Assembly: GCA_038247115.1 (NCBI GenBank)
Contig: JBBRVG010000029.1
Coordinates: forward strand, 9,757 to 41,756
Length of the DNA: 32,000 nucleotides
Source of the DNA: Enterobacterales bacterium
Lineage (GTDB): Bacteria > Pseudomonadota > Gammaproteobacteria > Enterobacterales > Aeromonadaceae
Direction of reading: 5' to 3'
A program made the translations under genes and the position numbers. Under the pieces are notes generated by a model. It did no database searches. It had not been told where the DNA came from and worked only from the letters and a program-made list of their open reading frames with translations. Below are positions 10,115 through 18,048 of the stretch, piece after piece; within the stretch, counting starts at the first letter, position 1, and each line of letters starts with the position of its first letter.

Positions 10115-10156
10115 CGTTGCTTTCCTTGATGAATAGTGTTGTTACGACTGAAAGCA

Positions 10157-10184
10157 AGATGGGGGCAGGATTATGCTTTTCAAC
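10157..10184 (-). promoter_or_regulatory. Sigma32 (heat-shock) promoter of htpG
   Basis: Minus strand reads GTTGAAA-agcataatcctgc-CCCCATCT. The consensus is CTTGAAA-N13/15-CCCCATnT, and the -10 is identical to the E. coli htpG promoter -10 as I recall it. It lies about 40 nt upstream of the htpG ATG. Confidence 0.7.
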
Positions 10185-10210
10185 CCCGGACCCGAGCCCG
10201 GGGTTGAAAA
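10177..10210. other. Perfect 13-bp inverted repeat (hairpin) 7 nt downstream of recR stop
   Basis: TTTTCAACCCCGG-acccgagc-CCGGGGTTGAAAA. Because it is a palindrome, both orientations have the U-run 5' and the A-run 3', so it is not a canonical intrinsic terminator. One arm supplies the htpG -35. Confidence 0.6.
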
Positions 10211-10217
10211 TTGTGAC

Positions 10218-10820
10218 TTACTCCAGAGGACGACGACCACTGAGGGAGTGGGACAAAGTGGTGCCATCGACCAGCTCCAGCTCGCCGCCGACGGGAACAC
10301 CATGGGCGATTCGCGTCACGACGATACCGGCCTGGCGTGCCAGATTGGCAATGTAGAATGCGGTGGCATCCCCTTCGATGGTGGGATTGGTTGCCAGGAT
10401 CAACTCATCCAGTGGCTCCTGCTGCAGACGCTGCTCCAGCAGATCCAGCCCCAATTCACGGGGGCCTATGCCATCCAGTGGCGACAAGTGCCCCATCAGC
10501 ACAAAGTAACGACCGGAATAGAGATGGGTCTGCTCCAGGGCCGCCACATCGGCAGGCGATTCGACCACGCACAGCTGACGCTTTTCGGCACGCTTTGGGT
10601 TCGCGCACAGCTCGCACAGCTCGTTTTCGGTGAAGGTACGGCAGTGCTGGCAATGGCCGATTTCGGTCAGCGCTCGCTCCAGAGTTCGCGCCAGTTTTTG
10701 GCCGCGACTACGCTCACGCTCCAATAATTGAAATGCCATCCGTTGCGCCGATTTAGGGCCAACACCGGGCAATACTTGCAATTCACGGATCAAATCATCC
10801 AGCAGGGGGCTGAATTTCAT
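10218..10820 (-). CDS. recR: Recombination protein RecR
   Basis: Start set at ATG 10820 ([30 protein letters not shown]), giving 200 aa. C4 zinc motif [16 protein letters not shown] and the Toprim region are present. The track start at 10838 adds 6 unsupported codons. Confidence 0.93.
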   Translation of the reverse strand: MKFSPLLDDLIRELQVLPGVGPKSAQRMAFQLLERERSRGQKLARTLERALTEIGHCQHCRTFTENELCELCANPKRAEKRQLCVVESPADVAALEQTHLYSGRYFVLMGHLSPLDGIGPRELGLDLLEQRLQQEPLDELILATNPTIEGDATAFYIANLARQAGIVVTRIAHGVPVGGELELVDGTTLSHSLSGRRPLE

Positions 10821-10830
10821 GGCAACTCCA

Positions 10831-10858
10831 CAAAACAAAAGCGGGAGTCATCTCCCGC
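10831..10858 (-). terminator. Terminator-like hairpin between ybaB and recR
   Basis: Minus-strand transcript reads AAGCGGGAG-atga-CTCCCGCTT-TTGTTTTGTGGAGttgccATG. This is canonical stem plus U-tract geometry, with the U-tract leading into the recR RBS (GGAG). Confidence 0.6.
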
Positions 10859-10869
10859 TTCATGCCTGA

Positions 10870-11199
10870 TTAAAAGGGCATCTTGAAACCAGGCGGCAAT
10901 TGCATACCACCGGTCAGTTCACCCATTTTGCTCTTGTTCTGTTCTTCGACCCGACGCACTGCATCGTTAAATGCCGCTGCAATCAAGTCTTCCAGCATTT
11001 CCTGATCATCATCCATCAAGCTTGGATCAATGGCGACGCGGCGAACACTGTGACCGCCGGTCATGGTAACTTTCACCAGACCCGCGCCCGACTCACCCAC
11101 CACTTCCATCTGAGCCAGCTCTTCCTGCATCTTTTGCATACGATCTTGCATGGCTTGCGCCTGCTTCATCAGATTGCCGATCCCACCTTTTCCAAACAT
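10870..11199 (-). CDS. ybaB: Nucleoid-associated protein YbaB/EbfC
   Basis: 109 aa reading [28 protein letters not shown]...LPPGFKMPF. This is the classic YbaB family sequence, and its position between dnaX and recR fits. Confidence 0.93.
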   Translation of the reverse strand: MFGKGGIGNLMKQAQAMQDRMQKMQEELAQMEVVGESGAGLVKVTMTGGHSVRRVAIDPSLMDDDQEMLEDLIAAAFNDAVRRVEEQNKSKMGELTGGMQLPPGFKMPF

Positions 11200-11227
11200 C
11201 GCTCTTCTCTTCTGTTGAGGTTATCGC

Positions 11228-13708
11228 CTAATGCTTCAATGGCAGAATACTATCAGCATCCAGTTGCGCACCAAAGCGTTGGATCAAAAATTGGATATGG
11301 GGGTCTTGCGCCAAATCCTGCTGCGCAGCAACCAACAATTCGGCGTAACGTTGCTGCTCAATCTGGATCGGTGTTGTCTGTGTGGGTGCCCCCACCTCAA
11401 TCTGGATCTGCACCGGCTGCTGCAGATGACGGGAGAAACCTTCCACCAGCGCCGCTATGGCTTTGTCTGAGACCAGATGCCGATGTTCCGGCGGCAAGGT
11501 CAGCAACCAGTGGTCACCGTCTACCTGACGACTGGCTTGCAATGCCAACTGCCGTAGACGCCCGCCCATACCACTGGCCGCTATCAGTTCCGCCCAGGGA
11601 TCGCCGCTACCAGCCAGCAAATCATTCGATTGCCAGCGCGGATCCAGAGGCTCTGACGCAGCAGAGCCCGCCTCCGGCAATGGCAACACAGGGCTGACGG
11701 ATGCCGCTCTGGGCATGGTTCTGGATCCTGCCGTCATTGGAGCCGCACTCGGGAGTTGAACAACGGCATCGGATGCTGTTGTTGCCAGCTCCGACGCCGA
11801 CTCATAGGCCAGCGGCATCAGCTGACTGGCGCCAGCGTCATCTTGATAAGCTTCAATAGGCGGTGATTGCCAAGCCGGGATTTCTGCGGCCGGGGCCTCT
11901 TGGCGTGAGGGCTTCTGCGATGGAGCCTCCCACGGCGGACGGTCATCCAGCACCGGGGGTGCAGCAACAGGCCGAATGGCGGCAGCTGGCGCCGCCACAG
12001 GGCGCGACGATGAGGGTGCGGCAGAAGCATCCACAGCAGGCTCAGTCGCCGGCCTTGCAACCGGTGCAGGACGCGCGGGTACAGGACGAGCGACAGGAGG
12101 GGAATAAGCAGCCGGCGACCGGTTACCAGCCGCAGGCGTATCGCTGCCCACTGGCTCTTTTTGCTGGCTACGCAGGCGATTACGCACCTGCAGCAGCTGA
12201 TTTAAACCACCTTCAGCCGGACTCGAAAGCTGATTTAGACCAGTATCAGTGGGATTTGAAGCTCCGATGGCGGGGGCAGAAACCAAAGTTGATGGTTCAT
12301 TGAACTGAGCGAGCGAGGATGTTGTGCTCTGCCAACTGGCCGCTTCATCTTGCAGCCGCTGTTGTTCGGCAAATAGCGCTTCCTGCGCCGCCATGGTGGC
12401 AACATCCTCCTCCACCTCGGCCATATCAAGGCGGGTTTCAGCGGCTGAAGACTCAAAATCCGACTCACTGGCTCGCAGCACAGTCTGGTCGACACCCGGA
12501 CGGGGATCCGGCGCACGTGCCGCCGGGCCTGTGGGAGTAGTCTGGGATATGGCGAGAGATGCGGATATATCACCACCGGTCATGGCGACCGGCATGACGG
12601 TCAGTCGGGCATTATCTGCCGCTTTGCGTGGCGAAAAGGCCAGCATCCGCAACAAGGTCATCTCGAAGCCGCTACGGCCATCGGGAGCCAGGGGTAACTC
12701 GCGACGCCCGGTGAGGGCAATCTGGTAATAGAGCTGGATCTCTTCGGCGGTAAAGGTTTGAGCCAAGGCAACCACTTGCTCGCTATCCAGTGCCAGCGGA
12801 TCGGCACTGCCGCCCAGCAACTGCGCCAAAGCAATGCGGTGCAGCAAGCTCGCCAGCTCGGCATGCAATAGCTCGAAGTCTGGCCCCAACTGCGCCACTT
12901 CGTTGACTTTGGCCATCAACGCCGGGCCTTGTAACTGCGCCAACAACAGCAATATCTGGTGCAGGTGACGGTGGTCCAGGGTGCCGAGCATGGCCAGCAC
13001 CTGATCCAGATGCACATGGCCGCTGCCATGGGCCAACGCCTGGTCGGTCAGACTCAAGGCATCACGCATACTGCCATCCGCCGCTTTGGCCAAAGCGGCC
13101 AGTGCTGGCAATTCATAAGGTTGCGCCTCGGCATCCAGCACTCGCACCAGCTGGGAAACAATTTGCTCCCGGGTAAGCGCTTTGAGATGAAACTGCAGGC
13201 AACGGGACAGGATAGTAATCGGCAACTTTTGCGGATCGGTCGTCGCCAGCAGGAACTTGACGTAAGGAGGCGGCTCTTCGAGGGTTTTGAGCAAGGCATT
13301 GAAGCTGTGACGCGACAGCATGTGCACTTCGTCAATCAGGTACACCTTGTAGCGCCCGCGCGCCGGCCGGTATTGCACATTGTCCAGCAATTCGCGGGTA
13401 TCTTCGACCTTGGTGCGGGAAGCGGCATCGATCTCCAGCAGGTCGACAAAATTACCTTGGTCGATCTCGCGACAGCTATCACAATGACCGCAAGGGGTGC
13501 TGCTAACCCCCTCTTCACAGTTCAGGCACTTGGCCAGAATACGGGCTATGGTAGTTTTACCCACACCGCGGGTGCCACTTAACAGATAAGCGTGGTGCAA
13601 ACGTCCCTGGTCCAGAGCGTTGATCAGCGCCGTCAACACATGTTGCTGACCCACGACGTCATGAAACGAATGGGGACGCCACTTTCGCGCCAGAACCTGA
13701 TAACCCAT
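11228..13708 (-). CDS. dnaX: DNA polymerase III subunit tau (DnaX), long form with expanded linker
   Basis: 826 aa. Walker A GTRGVGKTT, zinc module CGHCDSCREI, DEVHML and ILSRC are present. The C-terminal tau domain V-like region (DPWAELI...IQFLIQRFGAQLDADSILPLKH) is collinear with E. coli tau as remembered. Residues about 363-702 are low-complexity and Pro/Ala/Ser-rich. Confidence 0.93.
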   Translation of the reverse strand: MGYQVLARKWRPHSFHDVVGQQHVLTALINALDQGRLHHAYLLSGTRGVGKTTIARILAKCLNCEEGVSSTPCGHCDSCREIDQGNFVDLLEIDAASRTKVEDTRELLDNVQYRPARGRYKVYLIDEVHMLSRHSFNALLKTLEEPPPYVKFLLATTDPQKLPITILSRCLQFHLKALTREQIVSQLVRVLDAEAQPYELPALAALAKAADGSMRDALSLTDQALAHGSGHVHLDQVLAMLGTLDHRHLHQILLLLAQLQGPALMAKVNEVAQLGPDFELLHAELASLLHRIALAQLLGGSADPLALDSEQVVALAQTFTAEEIQLYYQIALTGRRELPLAPDGRSGFEMTLLRMLAFSPRKAADNARLTVMPVAMTGGDISASLAISQTTPTGPAARAPDPRPGVDQTVLRASESDFESSAAETRLDMAEVEEDVATMAAQEALFAEQQRLQDEAASWQSTTSSLAQFNEPSTLVSAPAIGASNPTDTGLNQLSSPAEGGLNQLLQVRNRLRSQQKEPVGSDTPAAGNRSPAAYSPPVARPVPARPAPVARPATEPAVDASAAPSSSRPVAAPAAAIRPVAAPPVLDDRPPWEAPSQKPSRQEAPAAEIPAWQSPPIEAYQDDAGASQLMPLAYESASELATTASDAVVQLPSAAPMTAGSRTMPRAASVSPVLPLPEAGSAASEPLDPRWQSNDLLAGSGDPWAELIAASGMGGRLRQLALQASRQVDGDHWLLTLPPEHRHLVSDKAIAALVEGFSRHLQQPVQIQIEVGAPTQTTPIQIEQQRYAELLVAAQQDLAQDPHIQFLIQRFGAQLDADSILPLKH

Positions 13709-13757
13709 AGCCCTTCTGTTTCCTTAAGCCGTCAGGCTGTTAATAGCCATCAAACTG

Positions 13758-14303
13758 TTATTCACCCGCAAACTGCACCAGGCTCAGCGGCTCGACACCC
13801 ATGGCTCGCAAGCGCTCCTCACCACCCAGATCCGGCAACGAGATCACAAAAGCCGCCTGATCGACAAGCCCACCGCAGCGCCGGATCAATTTGATCGCGG
13901 CTTCCACAGTCCCACCCGTGGCCAACAGATCATCAATGACCAGCACCTTGTCCCCGGGCTGAATAGCATCGTCATGTATCTGTAAGCAATCCTGACCATA
14001 TTCCAGTTCATAGCTCTCTTCATACACAGGGCGCGGCAATTTTCCGGGCTTACGCACCGGGATAAATCCCAGCCCCAAGGCAGCGGCGACTGGAGCACCG
14101 AAGATGAAGCCCCGAGCCTCGGTGCCGACAATCTTGTCCAACGGTACATGGCGATAATGCTCGACCAGCAGATCGATAGTGGCTTTGAACGCCTGCGGAT
14201 GCTCCACCAGACTGGTAATATCCCGAAACAGGATCCCCGGTTTCGGATAATCAGGAATGGTCTTGATGCAGGATGCGATAAAAGACAGGGTTTCTGGCTT
14301 CAT
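13758..14303 (-). CDS. apt: Adenine phosphoribosyltransferase
   Basis: 181 aa with [27 protein letters not shown] and the PRPP motif [13 protein letters not shown]. Position upstream of dnaX matches E. coli. Confidence 0.95.
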   Translation of the reverse strand: MKPETLSFIASCIKTIPDYPKPGILFRDITSLVEHPQAFKATIDLLVEHYRHVPLDKIVGTEARGFIFGAPVAAALGLGFIPVRKPGKLPRPVYEESYELEYGQDCLQIHDDAIQPGDKVLVIDDLLATGGTVEAAIKLIRRCGGLVDQAAFVISLPDLGGEERLRAMGVEPLSLVQFAGE

Positions 14304-14489
14304 GATGGCTACCGATAAAAAAAATAAAAGCCCTGGATCTGTTGGATAAACAGCTCATAACGGGGCGCAGCATACGTTAAGGCGCTAGCTTAGCAACCCC
14401 GCCATTCATTGCAACCACTGGCGGAGAAAGCCGTCATCACCCGCACATTAATCCATCGATTAGGCCGTATGACGATGAATATCTTGCAA

Positions 14490-14517
14490 CAAAAAGGGCA
14501 GCCCTAGGCTGCCCTTT
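14490..14517 (-). terminator. Intrinsic terminator of the porin gene
   Basis: Minus-strand transcript reads AAGGGCAGCC-tag-GGCTGCCCTTTTTG, about 30 nt after the porin stop. Confidence 0.82.
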
Positions 14518-14548
14518 GTTATCGACTTAACCAGTAAGCCAATCGGTA

Positions 14549-15526
14549 TTAGAAGTTGTATTGCAGAGCAACAGTGAACTGATCATCAGCTTCAGCACGT
14601 TGATCCAACAGATATTCAGCATAACCGTAGAAATTGCTGGTGAAGTTATACATGGCACCCAGCAAGAATTCATCAGTCAGCTCGACATCATTTTCATCTT
14701 CGGTGTAGTTGTAACCACCCAAGAAGCCCAGACCATTGGTCAGCGAGTATACGGCAGCAAGCTCGTAACCCTTGTGGGTGTTTTCGATGCCAGCTTGTTC
14801 GATATCAGACTGGGTATAAACTGCACCAGCATACAGGCCTTCGCCGAAGGTGCCATAAGAAGCAGACAGACCCCAATCATCTTGATCAGCCAAGCCGTCT
14901 TGTGAATCATATTGATCCGCGGCAACTGTTACACCAACACCGAAGCCGAAGTCATAGCCAAGGTTAGCGGCATAGCTCTTATCCAAGTTGTTAGCATCAT
15001 CAGCTAAACGGTAAGAGATGCCACCACGGAAACCACCGAAAGTGTTGGTATAGATAATTTGGCCTTCTTGGCGACCACTGAAGTTGGCCGCGCCATCACG
15101 GTAACCCCAGTAGCTGTTACCGTAGGAACCCCACTCGTTGAACACGTCAGTCGGAGCGACAACGGCGTAGAAGGCGGTGTCAGTCTGACCGGCAATAATG
15201 GTACCGTACTGGCTGCCATCGAAGCCTGCATACAAGTGACGGACCTTGAAAGTACCATCATCACTGGATTCACCAGCAACTTTCCATTCGCTACGAGCAA
15301 TGGCAGACCAAGTATCGTTGATCGCAGTAGAGCCCTTCAGACCCAGACGACCCGTGCCTTCAACAGTCGAACCGCTGGAGTCGGAAGCTGCATCATTGTA
15401 GTAGTTGACTTGAGCTCGACCATACACATCGAACTTTTGACCGTCTTTTTCGTACACGGTAGCAGCATTAGCCGCAGATGCAGCGAACAGAGCTGGGATA
15501 GCAATTGCAAGAAGAGTCTTTTTCAT
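14549..15526 (-). CDS. General outer-membrane porin (OmpC/OmpF-like trimeric porin family)
   Basis: Start set at ATG 15526, giving the signal peptide MKKTLLAIAIPALFAASAANA|ATVYEKDGQKFDVYGR. The sequence shows an alternating beta-strand pattern, acidic loops, and the C-terminal ...VALQYNF with terminal Phe. The track start at 15613 adds 29 unsupported residues. Confidence 0.88.
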   Translation of the reverse strand: MKKTLLAIAIPALFAASAANAATVYEKDGQKFDVYGRAQVNYYNDAASDSSGSTVEGTGRLGLKGSTAINDTWSAIARSEWKVAGESSDDGTFKVRHLYAGFDGSQYGTIIAGQTDTAFYAVVAPTDVFNEWGSYGNSYWGYRDGAANFSGRQEGQIIYTNTFGGFRGGISYRLADDANNLDKSYAANLGYDFGFGVGVTVAADQYDSQDGLADQDDWGLSASYGTFGEGLYAGAVYTQSDIEQAGIENTHKGYELAAVYSLTNGLGFLGGYNYTEDENDVELTDEFLLGAMYNFTSNFYGYAEYLLDQRAEADDQFTVALQYNF

Positions 15527-15776
15527 AATGGTTTGCCTACTGAAATTAAACACTAAGTCCTTATATTCCCTGTGAAAGTGGCGTTTCCACCACTCTGTTT
15601 TCGAGACTATCATACAAAATGTGAGGCAATCAACAGAAAAAAATGAACTAACTTAGAACAAGATTGTCGTTAGCATAATCTTTTACATTTCAAGCTGATA
15701 TGCCTGCCTTTGACTCATATTATGCTGCTGTTCGCACAGATTCAGCTGCTGACAGCCAACACAATAAAGTCAGATT

Positions 15777-15805
15777 TTGTTAGCCAGCTCACAGAGCGAT
15801 ATACT
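15777..15805 (+). promoter_or_regulatory. Candidate sigma70 promoter for dinG
   Basis: TTGTTA (15777-15782), exact 17-nt spacer, TATACT (15800-15805), about 30 nt upstream of the dinG ATG. This is a motif match only. Confidence 0.45.
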
Positions 15806-15835
15806 TCGCTTTCGCCCATCAGAGAAATATCCTAA

Positions 15836-17905
15836 ATGCCGTTTGCAGCCATCAAAACCAGTGTTCAACAGAGCTATAAACGGCTGCACCAACACCTAGC
15901 AGCATTTGTGCCAAGAAAAGAACAAAATTATCTGGTGGCGGAAATCGTCAAGGTTTTGTGTGGCCAATATGGGGTCGGCAAGCGGATCCTGGTGGCTGAA
16001 GCGGGAACCGGGATCGGCAAGTCACTGGCCTATTCCCAAGGCGCTATCCCCTGCGCCATCAAGTCTCGGAAGAAACTGATCATCTCCACCGCGACCCTGG
16101 CGCTGCAAGAGCAGCTCATCACCAAAGATCTACCCTTGTTTCATACCATCAGCAGCGACAATTTCACCTTTACTCTGGTCAAAGGACGACAACGTTATTG
16201 CTGTGCCCAGCGGCTGGCGCAGCTGGCGGATGTCAACATCGCCAATACCCAGTTGAGTTTTCAGGAGCTGCTGAGCTTTAGTCCTGACGCGGAACAGCGG
16301 CAGATCTACCAGTCACTCTGGCACGCCTATCAACAAGGCCAATGGGCCGGTGATCGGGATAGCTGGCCGCAGAGTCTGGAGGAGTCGCTTTGGCAGGAAA
16401 TCGCCGCCGAGCGTCACATCTGCAACCCGCTGTTCGACCATCATCAAAACTGCCCGTTTCATCACGCACGGGCCATGATGAACGAGATCGACGTCCTGGT
16501 GGTCAATCATGCGCTGCTGCTGGCCGATCTGGCATTGGGTGGTGGTGTGGTACTGCCAGCCCCCGAAGATTGCATCTACATCATAGACGAGGCCCATCAC
16601 CTTCCAACGCTCGCTCGCGATCAGGCATCGGCGCAGCTACGGGTGGGTCATACCCTGAGTTGGTTACAAAAACTGCCCCATCTTGGGGATAAGATAACCA
16701 AAGTAGTGCAAGGCGAGAGCCTCCGCAGTCACTCTGCCCGGCTCAGCGAAACCGTCTATGGACTGGTACATGATCTGCGGCAACTGGAATTACTCATCAA
16801 GGGACAGGCAGACTGGTTCAGTCAGAGCCCGGAGTATCGGTTTGCTGAAGGCGTATTGCCTGCAGAGCTGGCAGCACTGGCGCAGAGCCTCGGTGAAGGC
16901 ACTGGCAAGTTGAGTCGGTTTCTGGAACGGTTGCAACAGGGGCTGACTGAAGCCATCAAATTGGGAGAGCTACCCCGCCGGGATGGTGAAGCCTTATTGG
17001 CAGAGCTAGGCAATGCCCAGCAGCGCAGCCTGCAGATGCAGACCCTATGGCAACTCTATAAAGAGCTGGAGAGCCGACATCCAGTCGCAAAATGGGTTAC
17101 ACACGACACCGATGAACCTGATTTTCAACTCCAGGCCGCGCCGCTGGAGATGGGAAGCTGGCTGGATCGCCTGCTGTGGTCACGATGTCACGGTGCCATT
17201 TTGGTCTCTGCGACCCTGACGGCCCTCAACAGCTTCGACCATTTCCGCAACCAGATTGGCCTCTACCCCGATGATGGCTCGCGGTATCTGCGCTTACTGT
17301 CACCGTTTGACTACCAAAAAGCAGAGCTCTGGCTGCCGGATATCGGCTGTGATCCCAGCGACCCGGATTTTACCCAGCAACTGATATTGCAACTGCCGCA
17401 CTACCTGACGGACCAGCAAGCCTCGCTGGTGCTCTTTGCTTCGTATTGGCAGATGCAAGAAGTGGCCGCCGGTCTCAGAGACCAGGGCTGGAGCCTGCTG
17501 GTGCAAGGCGAAGCCTCGCGCAATGCCTTGCTGAGTCTGCACAAAGAGCGCTGTGCCCATCAGCAACCCAGCATACTGTTCGGGACCGGCAGTTTTTCCG
17601 AAGGACTGGATCTGCCCGGTAACCAGTTGACCAACCTCATCATTACCAAGTTGCCGTTTGCTGTGCCGACCTCCCCCATTGAGGCGGCGCAAGCCGAGTG
17701 GGTGACGGCCCGGGGTGGCAACCCATTTTTACAGATCACGATCCCCGATGCCTCGCGAAAATTGATCCAGGCGTGCGGACGTTTGATCCGCAAGGAAGGC
17801 GATAGCGGACGTGTGGTACTGCTGGACCGCCGCATCCTGACCCGTCGTTATGGCAAAGGATTACTGGCAGCGCTGCCCCCCTTCCGTCGCCGGATCGGCG
17901 ACTAA
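15836..17905 (+). CDS. dinG: ATP-dependent DNA helicase DinG (XPD/Rad3-like, Fe-S)
   Basis: 689 aa. Walker A AEAGTGIGKS and the DEAHH box (IIDEAHHLP) are present. A Cys cluster for the Fe-S domain is seen (RYCCAQRL ... HICNPLFDHHQNCPF). The C-terminal helicase motifs include GSFSEGLDLPG and RLIRKEGDSGRVVLLD. Confidence 0.9.
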   Translation: MPFAAIKTSVQQSYKRLHQHLAAFVPRKEQNYLVAEIVKVLCGQYGVGKRILVAEAGTGIGKSLAYSQGAIPCAIKSRKKLIISTATLALQEQLITKDLPLFHTISSDNFTFTLVKGRQRYCCAQRLAQLADVNIANTQLSFQELLSFSPDAEQRQIYQSLWHAYQQGQWAGDRDSWPQSLEESLWQEIAAERHICNPLFDHHQNCPFHHARAMMNEIDVLVVNHALLLADLALGGGVVLPAPEDCIYIIDEAHHLPTLARDQASAQLRVGHTLSWLQKLPHLGDKITKVVQGESLRSHSARLSETVYGLVHDLRQLELLIKGQADWFSQSPEYRFAEGVLPAELAALAQSLGEGTGKLSRFLERLQQGLTEAIKLGELPRRDGEALLAELGNAQQRSLQMQTLWQLYKELESRHPVAKWVTHDTDEPDFQLQAAPLEMGSWLDRLLWSRCHGAILVSATLTALNSFDHFRNQIGLYPDDGSRYLRLLSPFDYQKAELWLPDIGCDPSDPDFTQQLILQLPHYLTDQQASLVLFASYWQMQEVAAGLRDQGWSLLVQGEASRNALLSLHKERCAHQQPSILFGTGSFSEGLDLPGNQLTNLIITKLPFAVPTSPIEAAQAEWVTARGGNPFLQITIPDASRKLIQACGRLIRKEGDSGRVVLLDRRILTRRYGKGLLAALPPFRRRIGD

Positions 17906-18048
17906 ACCTGGTGCCAAACCATGCCCCGGAATAGGAGCCGTCACAGCGGCCTCAGCATCCGATTGCTGCAATCGGCTAAAACTGCAAAAATGGCACTGTG
18001 CTAACGGATGCTCACCAGCATCAACACCATCATATATAAGGAGATAAG

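Noticed and set aside
11863-12728. + strand ORFs (146 aa and 134 aa) opposite the low-complexity part of dnaX
   Set aside because: They lie opposite a GC-rich Pro/Ala-coding repeat region where stops are rare in several frames. Their products are Arg/Pro/Ala-rich nonsense with no start signals.
15725-15739. LexA-box-like sequence CTGCTGTTCGCACAG upstream of dinG
   Set aside because: The spacing is CTG-N9-CAG, and the inner palindrome is CTGT-N4-ACAG. The SOS box requires CTGT-N8-ACAG, so the spacing is wrong for LexA.
17850-18047. 65-aa + strand ORF overlapping the dinG 3' end and the dinG-yccT spacer, plus the 101-aa ORF at 18723-19028
   Set aside because: They are out of frame with the well-supported neighbouring genes, have no RBS, and are Cys/Arg/Pro-rich with no family resemblance.
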